Below, piece by piece: positions 47,001-58,796 of a stretch of 64,000 bases of DNA. Source of the DNA: Phallusia mammillata (Eukaryota); NCBI GenBank assembly GCA_965637545.1, contig OZ281498.1:11904001-11968000 (forward strand), written 5' to 3'. Numbering within the stretch: the first letter of the stretch is position 1; each line of letters starts with the position of its first letter. A model generated the notes under the pieces. That model did no database searches. It was not told the DNA's origin and was given only the letters and a program-made list of their open reading frames with translations. The translations under genes were made by a program, and so were the position numbers.

Positions 47001-50000
47001 AACAATCTTGATTTATTTCTGGGATAACACATCTTACTTCATTTACTAGGTTTGGCGTAAATATATAAATTAAAACGCGATAACAGTTTTGGTTTGTATC
47101 TTTTGCAGTTGATCGTATACAAGGGATTTTCGGATATAGCTGATGCTCTTATATTTCCGTCTGAATCAAAACTCTTTCATAAGAATTATTTTTTGAAGCC
47201 ATCTTCATACTTAATTAACGACAATGAAGTCACTATAGTTCTCACGTTTAACAGGTAAACAAATTTACATATTTTCTACTTTAATTCATTATATCTGTGT
47301 TGTTTGTAAGTGTTATTTACAACAACTTCCCTAACAAAATGCATCCTTTTATTTCACTCTTTTGTATCTTTTGACATGCAGAAAAATCGTATTGCCAGTG
47401 ATGGAGCTGAACGTTACAATTGTTGAACCTACCCATTGTAAGTTTGTGTGTCCTGATCTCACTTGTTTAACTGACAACTATCAGTGTGATGGGAAGGTGG
47501 GATGCCCAGATGCTAGTGATGAATCCAATTGCACGCGCGCCACCAACTTATTTGGAGAAACGGTTAGTTCACAAGTAAATGGATTTATTGAGTGAGGTCG
47601 GGTGTATAAGAAACCCTTTTAAAGCATGTACATATATTCCCGATCGCACAGATGTTTCCATATTTGAACTTAATCTTATCCAACCTTAACAAAACATTTT
47701 TTCGGGCAGTTGCTGGAAGTACGACGACTTAACGACAAATTTTCTCTCTTGTGTGGTGATGACGTTACACATGACGTAGCTGACGCGGCGTGTCAGCAGC
47801 TGGGTTACTCGAAGGCTTTGTTACCTCTTCGTTTTATCTCGCTTCCAAAGAAGCATGTCGGTTTTTCGCATTATCGACTTACCGGGAATCTTACCGACAA
47901 ATGTAAGAGGGTTTGGCTTTATGTACCAAATGGAAAAAAAAGTCACATGATTGGAAAATTGATCGATAAACTCCTAATAGCAACACCAGTTGATTTTGGC
48001 GGACCGTTATGAGTTCTAAGTTTCACACATAAAATTTTGTTATTATTATAACTTTACCTTTGTAACATACAAGAAGGTATAAAAAGCACGTATATTGTAA
48101 AAACTTAATCTAAGCGGTTTTGTTCATGTAGATCCGCAGTACATTCAGAGTTATATTACGTCACTCCAAAGCAGAAGAGAAGAAACTTTCAATATTCCTT
48201 CACAAGGTGAATGTTGTATTATATTTTTGAACATTTTCGGAATGCAAAATTATGTAGATTTTTTCTATGCCAAACAATTCCTGGCCTGAACTGTTTGTTT
48301 ACGTTTTTGTGCAGGTATTTCGGCTTGTTCTTCGGGATCAGTCTGGGTCGCTGACTGTGTTCCTTATCAATGCGGAGTGAGATCCATTGAACGGGTTCAT
48401 ACGAAGAAACCGATGCTAAAGATTGTGGGCGGCCAAAAAACTGCAAGAGGTTATTGGCCATGGATTGCTTCATTGCAAGTAAGTGCAGTAACTCCAAACG
48501 TTTGCAAAAGCAAAGTACAGACCATCCTGTACAGGATACGTTCGTGGGCAAAAAGCAAAAAATGTTACAAACAAAAGTATGCAACACTCTTATTTCCTGT
48601 TTTGCTAAAGGCTGGTGGTGGTCATCTTTGCGGCGGAACTCTGATCTCCGATCGTCACGTGATCACAGCAGCGCATTGTTTCGACATAAAGTCGCCGAGT
48701 GAATTTAAGATTGTCTTGGGAACTAATGATCTTGCACCTCTTGATCTCGGGGCAACGACGTACTCTATTGTTGATTATGAAAAACATGAGTAAGTTTTCA
48801 GCAAACAAAATAGTTATGACCAAATACTTAGTATATTCCTTAAGGTATATAGCATTGGGTGGGGGGTTAAAATTAATAAGCTGTTATGAGGCCGGTACAG
48901 AAAAAGCTTTAGAAACATTATTTAGAAAAACAATAAGATAAAAAATAATAGTTTAATTACTTAATAATTAACCAACTAACATATTCTATAATTTTGTTAC
49001 CTTACACTCGTTTGCTTGTGTTTTCATTTTGATACTTGCCTTGAAATATGGCCTATGCTGTATGTTTGAGAATATTCTGTTGGTGATCTTCTGTATATAT
49101 TTTTGTGCAGCAATTATGCGAGTGATGCAGAGATTCCGGATTGGGATATCGCGATATTGGTATTGGACCGTACCGTAAAGTTCACGAAGTTTATCAGCCC
49201 TGCTTGTCTACCGGGCGGAAATATTCGGTTTAGACCGGGTATGTTGTTTATTTAACACATTGTCGATTTGTTGTTTACCGGGATCGAACCTTGTAACCTA
49301 CTTTGTGTATCTCACCAATACATCTAGATTTAAATGTTGAAATAATGAAATGAAATGAAATCGTTTAAATATGAAGTGATTTTATCACAATAAAAAATAT
49401 CGATATGACTAATCGCACATTCTTTTTTCACTAGATACAAAATCCCCAAACATGGCCTATTATATTAGGGTCAATCGCACAAAAGACTTAACAACTACTT
49501 ATGTTTGTAATAATCGAGCACGTTTTACCTCCTTGGCATCTTTAATATATAAAACACTTTTGCGTCTCGAGTGTTTGAAATAGGAAATACGTCGGACACT
49601 GTAAATTGCTGATTATGAGTTATTGGCTTTTGTTTTATGTTCGTTTTAAAAACTTTTGAGGCCATGAACCTTTCTAGGTGTACACACGTACTTTTGAAAC
49701 TAATTTTAAGGACATTCATTTTTTTAACATATTGCATCCAATGCTTTGCACAAATTATAAAAGCACAACTGGTTCAAGATCAAGTACTTTAATAAATGGC
49801 AACAATATTATCCAGCTAAAGTCACTATATGAACATTTTAGGCGACATGTGTTACATTGCTGGATATGGACATTTGGAAGACGACGGAGAAGAACCATTG
49901 GATTTGTTCCAAGCTAAAACACCCATACTTTCTCGCGAGGATTGTAACCGTAGTTATAACAAGAAGATTTCGTCACGCATGATTTGCACCGGATATCCAA

Positions 50001-53000
50001 AGACTGGCAGCATCGGAATTTGTCACGTAAGTTACAAAAAAATAATATAAAGTATTTATCATATACTTTTAGCCTGCAAAATTAATAATCTAATGCGACG
50101 TTTTTTTCCCCTGTAAGTGGTTTGTCTGAGCAGTTGTAACGTTAAAGATATGATTGTGTACGGTTTGTGGTATACGTTCATCTAAACCTTGGTCCATGTA
50201 TATGTCTTTTCTTATTACTTCATATGAATTCTCTGTTTCTCGACGTTCATGCAGGGTGACAGTGGTGGCCCGTTGGTTTGCGAATCCGACGACGGACAAT
50301 GGCATTTGGCTGGAGTCGTCAGCTGGAGCATTGGATGTGCTAAAATCGACAGACCCGATGTTTACGCCAACGTGCAATACTTTATCGGGTGGATCAACAA
50401 ATACGCCGGCATGAGTAGGTTATTCTACTTTCTTTTTTAACAAAATCTCAAACCCCCACACATGAAATAGTTTGCACTAAGCGTGGGTAAAAATATGTCA
50501 CTTAGCATGTCTTCGTTTGCAGATTTGACGCTTCCAGCTCACGAGTTACCTGGTGAATGTGGGGGAACATATTACAATTTAACCGAAGGAATATTCGCAA
50601 GCCCAGGGTGGCCTTCATTCTATCCTCCAGAACAGTTGTAAGTCGTCACAGCGAAAGTTTTGACAAAAATTTTTCAACACTTGTGGTATGTTGCAATATT
50701 GTAAAAAAGCTGTTTTTCAGTTGTTTGTATCGCATTATGGCTGCTCCCGGGCAGACAGTGCGCATTGAGTTCGACACATTCGCGTTGGAAAAGGATTACG
50801 ATTTTGTGACGATATACAGAGGAGGAATAGATCCCACAAATATTTTCATGCGGTTAACAGGCAACAGATCAGGAGGTAAACTTCAGATCACACAAAATCA
50901 TATCAAAAAGTATTTGCATTTAGGGAAGCATATTTTGTTTTTAATCTGATCTCAAAGTCAAACATTCTTCATTTAGGTTAGATTTATTTGAATCATATAA
51001 CGTTGCTTCGAACTATTATTTCTTGATATCGTTTTTGTAAAAAATGCCATCTATGTTATTCATTTTTCCATCAACTGTCTCAATGACTTGACGTTATGTC
51101 TTGTCTACATATAGGCATATTTTCAAATCGTTTTTTTTTTCAGGTGTATTTGAGATCAGCAATGCGACGGTGGAGCTTCTTTTCGAGTCCGACATCGATT
51201 TTTCAAAAGCTGGATTTTTCACGAAATGGTGGACAAGTGGTGAACCTTTAAACTTTACCGGTAATACTTTCAATGCCTGATTTCGTGGTACTGACTTAAT
51301 TTTAAATACCAACAACCATTGTCAATGATTTTAGGTGAAGCGAAACCAATCACAGTTTTGGGTTCAACAACTTCAAATCAGGAATCTGTAAACCTGCTAC
51401 TTGTCGTTGGAAATTACGTTTCTACTGGAATCACCGCATATCGCCCAACATACGAACAGGTTAGTGTGACATTTTTACATGGTGGAACCTATACGTTGAC
51501 GAGATACGTTTTTTTAAAACTGCATACAATTTTTTTCAGGTCGTTTTACTATCAAACATTTCAGTACCAGTGTACAAGATGTTTTTCTACGAACCTTTAG
51601 GCCAGTGGAGAATTATTCCGGGGCATATGCAAGGTATGTCGTATGCGTAAATTCTCTCACCAAAAAGTTAAGAATCATTTTTCCAGTTGGTCAACATTTC
51701 TCAATGTACATTAAGCATTGCATGAACAAGACATTTTTATTGCAGATAACGAGGTTCCACAAGGCATGTGGTTGTATTGTAACGACAGTGCAATTTTACC
51801 TTCTGACATCAAAGTTCCCTGGAGTGTGTGGAACGGGTCGGCTTGGAGCGAAATCGATTTACAAATAGAATTATCTTTCGGTAAGTTTTTTTTTGCTTCT
51901 TGCTTTAACATGTACTTTCCACTGCAAAAATGGTTAAAATTTCGATTAATTCTACTTTTGTTTAAAAGAAAACCACAATTTTGCCCAAGAAAACCTCAAC
52001 GGTCGTACAATTTTTTAGAACCATCAGCAACAACACTTGAAACAACCGCCAGTACTTCCCCGAGTATCATTCCCGTCACAGACAACTTTAACACTACATG
52101 TCCCACGATGAATTATGATGATGCCATAGGAGTCATCGAAAGCCCGGGTTTCCCAACAAAGTTTCAAGTTGCGGTGAATTCAACCTGTCAATGGAGAATT
52201 CAACCCGACAGTAACAACAGTGGCCAAGCGATGCTGATATTGCTGCTTGTCCAGTATTATGACCTCAACGAGCAAATGGAAATATTTTCCGGAGATTACG
52301 TCACTGGAAGTCAACCACTGTCGTTCATCGAACCAAGAAGTATGATGGGTAAGTCAAATAAGTTGGGTCAACACAAGTACCAGAAATTATCCTTGTATTG
52401 TTTTTGGTGTATTTAACTATGGTGGATAAACCAAAGTAACCAAAAATGTTTACTCTGATTCCTTAGACGAAACGTTTCTTATAAATCGCCAAGAAAATTC
52501 AATGGTTGGATCGGGAAATGGTGACGTGGAAATACCAAGTGCTCATCCGCCCACCGCATCTACTGTTTCTCTTCTGTCGCAATCTGATATCAATCGAATC
52601 GCAGGACAGATTGCAGCTCAACCACAATGCCTGTACGTTAAGTTCAATTCTTAACTTCAAAGTTTTTATTATTTGTTTCTAACTTTTTGCATTTTTAGAC
52701 ATTCCTTTACTCGTTTTTCGGCCAACACCTGCTCCAGTGATCTTTACACAATGTTTGACAGCAATACCGACGAAGGAGTAACCTCACTTCTTAATTGCAG
52801 TTTGTTTATAAAGTCAGTTTCCAATAAATACGTGCAGCATTACTGCTATTGTAATTTTTTAATTTCTAAAAAGAAAATAATATTGTAACTAATCTTAGTG
52901 TAAGATGTTTTTGTCAATATGATGTCAATCATATCCACGTTGTGTTGTAAAATTGTGGCATTTTCTTGGTTTTAGATGTTTTAATGTGAGTTGGTGTGAT

Positions 53001-56000
53001 CTGGTTCAGTTTCTTGAGGATCTCCCACATTTTGTCACTTGGGTCGAGGCCACTGAAAATTACTGCCAAGACCCAGCATGGAAGCCACCAGTGCCCAGCA
53101 CTACTTCATCCTTACCAGGTCCTTATTCTACATTTCTGAAAAGTTGCCTAATCGGTCTTACCTTAACATGAGGGGTGTGTCTTCTAGTGTTACACTAAAC
53201 CCTAACATTTCTTGTTGTTTTTTCAGGTAGTTTGCATGATGTTGGTTTGGGAAATTCAACACGTCCCCGAAAACAACTTTTCATCTGCACAGGTAAAAAC
53301 TTATCCTACTTGACTGTGTGTTTCTGAGGGATGAGTCGAACCAAGTATTTACATATGCAAACATTGCTTAAGCATGTGTCAGGCCAAATTTCGGCTCTAC
53401 CACGCGAGCTGTGTTTTCCGTTATGTTATAAATGTGCAACGTGCAAATATTCAACACTTACTTTGGTTTATTGCCGGCAGACACAAGCCAATCTGGTCTG
53501 ACACTCAGACTGAAGTTACTTGGAACATCCACCGGACACGGATTCTCAATCAAATTTCACACGCTTACTGACCTCAATATGTCCCCATACAACCATCAAG
53601 AATATGATGTTCAGCATATTGGAGAAACACGATTCCGTATGTTCATGATTATTTCGCCTCTGTATCTGAATTAATAGACATACTAATGCTTAGGTCGCAC
53701 GATCCGCTCTATCCAATCTGCCGTAGGTTTATCTTTCGGTCATCCGACTAATACTCCGCCTTCAATTTTTGTGGCACGACCAACGACTACAAATCCAGGT
53801 AGTTAATTCTACACAATTTTACTTCATGTATCATATCGCCAAATGTGTTAAAGTTAAAAAAATGTATACTATAAATTGTAGACCTTTATTTGACCCAAAC
53901 AAGCCCAGGGGAAACCCCGTCCCCCTCAGTCGCGCCCCTACTTCGTATCGACCTCACTGCTAATGTGACGTGCGCTGGAACATCGTGGAAATCCGGAGAT
54001 CATTGGTTTATTACGTCACCGAACTTTCCAAAGGATTATGATCAGAATTCAAACTGCATGTGGAAATTCGAAACAGAACCAGGATATCAGGTTGGTTTAC
54101 AGTTAGGTGATAGGAAGTTTTTAACACTATCTCATAGTTTTAATGGATTTGTTAAATCCAATCAAAATTGAAAATTTTAAAAATAAATTTATTTTTTTGT
54201 TGCACATGACTCTTGCGTATGTTACAAGATAAATCCTTGTGAAGTTTAATTAAAGAATACATTTATTTTGAAAAAAGTGATTAAATAAAATTTAAAATAA
54301 GCTTAATAAAACTAAATGTTTAAATTTAGGCTGTTTCCACTAAATTAAGCGTTTACTTGCTGAAGTAGCAAAATACTGGTAGTAACTTTATCTTACCCTT
54401 TTACTTTGCTGTAGATTCTGCTGAAATTTTCCAAAATGTTTGTTGAGGGAGACGTGTCTTGTGGTTACGACAGTGTTTCGTTGTATGATGGACCCGATAT
54501 AAGTTCACCGAGAATTGGGAAATTTTGTGACAGCAGAAACAGTTTTATCCGTCCACAGTTGTCCGCTGGCCCTGAGATGTTTATCCACTTCCGCTCCGAC
54601 CATTATGTCCACATGCAAGGTTCTTTTTACACATGTTTCTGCTTGTGATAAGTAGTCATAATTATAACATAATTATTTGCCAGCACCCACCTCTGTGAGC
54701 GCTTGCACTTAGTAACTAAAGTGAAACAAATTTTGTCAGAAACTATACTAACACTTTTTTGTTGATAACAAAAGATATTAATACCTACAGCTGTAATTTA
54801 CCTGAAACTTTTATTTATTTAAAGGTTTTAAGGCGTCTCTGTCAACCCGCAAAACACCGAAACGAGAAAACAAAATAAGTAACCAGACTGTTCTTTACTC
54901 ATGCCACTTTGATGACGACATGTGTGGGTTTGATGACGAACTTGTGTCGTCAGACTTTACTTGGACGCGGAACCGGCTTTCTACGTCTTCTGAAGATACT
55001 GGACCTCCGTACGACGATTCTCCTATGAGAAACGGTCAGTCGATGATACATTAATGTTGTGACAATAAACCGGCGTAGAAATGTGGATGTTAGAAGCAAA
55101 ATGCTGTAATTATTAAACATTTCTGTAAATACTTACAACATCCATGCATTATCAGCACAAGAAACTTTGTAGTAAAGGTTTAAACCTGCATGTCGCTACA
55201 ATTGGCTAGGCAGTGGGTGGGCAACTTTTTTTTATTCCTTGTGTCAATTTACTTGCAATGTCAAAATGCTTTGCGTGCCTACATTGTTATGTATATAAGT
55301 CATTTGTGACTTTAGATTTGTGGGGTGATTAGAAATCAGACACATTTATATGTGTTCACCTTGTCTTAGGACTACGTCACTCTAAACAAACCTTGTAATT
55401 GTAATAGTCTAATCGTAAAAAAACATGAACTTCTAAATAATTTGGCGTAAGTAATCAGCTCGCGTGTCAGCCTTGGTTGCCTACAGTTTTTGTTTTGGGC
55501 TAGTGTGTTTATCACAAGAATTCCCATCAGAGGTTTTTGATTGTATTTTTTGTTCAATATCGAAAACCTTCCATGATTTTTGCAAATCTGCTGATTTTGA
55601 TCTCAGTCTCACCATTTTATTTTAAGTTGGAAAAGGGAAGTTATGCCTTACAATAGTTTAACAGAAAGTCGCTCATATAGCATTTACTCCATTCTCTTCG
55701 ACTCAATGTTATGTGTTATTTACTTACGTGACTCGGATGAACACAGGTTGGTACGCTTACATCGAAGCCTCGTCTCCTCAACACAAGGGCGATCGGGCCC
55801 GCATTGTCAGCCCGCTTATTAGAGGAACTCCCAACGAGGCACGCTGTCTTCGTTTTTCCTACGACATGTATGGTGGAGCCCATGGTTTTCTCAACGTCTT
55901 TGCTGTCGTGGGCCTTCGCAGGAATCACACGCAAGTCTCGCTGGAGGAAGATGGAACAGAGTCAGTGTCTTCCACCGAACCTCTCGTGTATTTGTTTGGG

Positions 56001-58740
56001 TCGGGAGTCCATGCTGAGAAAGCGGATGAGAGTAACACCAGTGTAACGTGAGTTTCATTATGCTAGCATCGCGTAGTAGAATTTTTTTTTACGGTTTATT
56101 AACTGTATTCTGCAGTAACGTTGTAAATATACCCGTGTAAGTGGTGACTGACACGATGACCACAAGGTCTTTCGGTAATGGTTTCACGTTTTTTAGTTTA
56201 AGAATCCATTTTAACAGTGGCTTGCTACAATTATGAAAATGCTGTAGTAAATATTATTCACTGAATATTATTTGATTCACCAGGTTCCAACGCTTTTTGT
56301 TATGGAGCAGATCAGATCAGCAGCGTAGATTTGACGAAAAACCTTGGATGCAAGCTTCCGTTACATTTTATCCATCCAGCGATTTTCAGGTATTAATTGA
56401 AACATCAACACTTTTGCATCTTTGCATCCTATCCGAGCTTTGCAATTTAAATTTTTAATCCAACGTTTTAGATCATGTTCGAGGGAGTTCGCGGACGAAC
56501 TTACGAGTCAGATACAGCGATTGATAACATGGAGGTTTTAGAGGGAAAATGTCAGGATGAATGTAAAGAGGATGGTCAGCTTCAGTGTCTCACCAACAGT
56601 GGACTAATAAGCACAGGTAAGCGGCCCTATAACATGACTCATGTGTAAAGGGATTTCGCAAGAGTTTTTTTTTACTTCCTAATTCTGTTAAAGCCAATTA
56701 CCCCGAGCAATAGGGCGTGTTATTGGCCTAAACTGCTATGTCCTATTTATTTAAACAACATTAAAAATGCCTCGTACATATACTAACGTCAATGATATAC
56801 AATTATAATTGATTAGTGTGCATGGTTTCTTTAAATCCAAAAACAAATCGTTCCCTCTTTTATTATACCAGAGAAAAAGTAGAGAAAGCGTTCAACACAT
56901 TTAGCTTGATAACTTGGGTTTAGACCTAAACATGTAAATGTGGTGTTGGATTAATTTCTTCCGATTTAACATGGTATAGTTCAAATCAAATATTGACTGA
57001 CACAATATAATGTGTAGTGGTAAATCTGGAGTTTCTTTATGTTTTGCCTTATTAATCCGACAACGTTATTTTAGGCGAATGTGTCCCAATCATGTTGGAG
57101 TGCAACGGTGTGAAGGATTGTGCAAGCGGATCTGACGAACTATATTGCATCACTACTTTACGCCAGATGTGCGCGGCAGGTAAAAGAAATTTGTAGATCA
57201 AATCAATACCTCCAATATATTATGTTGTTGTTCTCCTTTAATACCAAATTATTTTATCAAAATGTCTACGCCGCGCAACGAACATTTGAAATCATAGTCG
57301 ACACCAACATCTTGTACGGTTACATGGTTAAACATGTACAATTCATTTCAATTGTGCAGAGACGATCCAACCCAATACGACACTTGCACTTGTTTGTGAC
57401 GAAAAACACGTTGATCAATGTGGTTTGTCATCATCTTCCGTAACCCGGATTGATCAAATTATTTGTGATGGAAAAATTGATTGTTTTGGTGGATACGACG
57501 AAGCTCTGTGCCCAGAAAAACAGACAAACGCAGAATCAGAGACTGTTATTAATGCTCTTCATGGTGATTGTGGAATTCAAGATGCCGAGGGAGATGAAGT
57601 GTCAGCATACCCGGTATTGAAACCTTTATCAAATTTCGCCAATAAGATTCTCGTTTATAAGCTGTCCTATTTTTACTTAGATAAGGCTCAACCCCTTTTT
57701 TAAATTTGCAACCACTGTCCTATGTAGATATTGGTATTATTAGTTTATAAACTTGTGAAATTAGTTTAACCCCGTTTTCAATTTCAATGCTCTATTTGTT
57801 CAAATTTTTAACTGACGATACTTTATCAGAACGTGCCGAATTCGGAACTGTGGCGATGGGTTGTCGGTTTGTACGTTGCCAAACCAAGTCTGGTTAAATC
57901 GAATGGACACACAACGAGCACTGGTGTTTCGTCTTCGGCCTATACTTTCTTGTGTAGTGCTGTTTTTATCCAAGATAATTGGGCGGTTATCCCAGCTCAC
58001 TGCATTTTAAACCCTGATCTGTACGACAACTACGCAAGAAGCTTGTTGGAGGCCGATAAAACCGGACCAGATGGAGAACTGTTAGCAGGTAAGTTAGAAA
58101 AGGCAATCCGCAACACACGAAACGCGACTAACGATATTTCTCTCAGAGTTCGATGACCCAGACCTGGATGCCGAAGTCCCTGCAACTTTCTCGTACATTC
58201 TCATCAGAAATCGAAATCCAAATGTGGAAACAACAGCTAAACGGGTCACGTGGAGGGTCACAAACTGGTTTATTCATCCCGACTATGTAGTTCGCCCTAA
58301 CAGCAGCACTTCAAGAAAAGATCGGAGATCTTCGTCGACGTATTTTGATCGTTTCAAGACACTGACCGAAGACAGTGATTCAGCCAATAGTGACGTCGCT
58401 CTGCTGAAAGTCGAGCTCGATGACGAAGTGTTGTCCCAAGTTGACGTCAGCCCCAACACCGGTGACGTAGTTGAGGAAGAAGAAATGTTCTATGTGACAT
58501 ATGACGTCAGCATGAATGTCACCGATGAAGCACCACCGTCGTCAGCATGTTTAGAGTTAAAAAAGAAGAAAAAAAGAAAGCGAGGGTCTTCCAGTGGGTC
58601 AAGTGCGTTTCCTTTACCTGTGGAACTTGAGCGACATCCAATTTCTTCTTCGGAACCAGAAAGCACAAAACCGCGAAAGGCGACCTGTATTGCAATAGGT
58701 CATTCCCCAGTCACCAGGTATAAATACTTGCATGTTTCCG

Positions 58741-58796
<56 letters not shown>

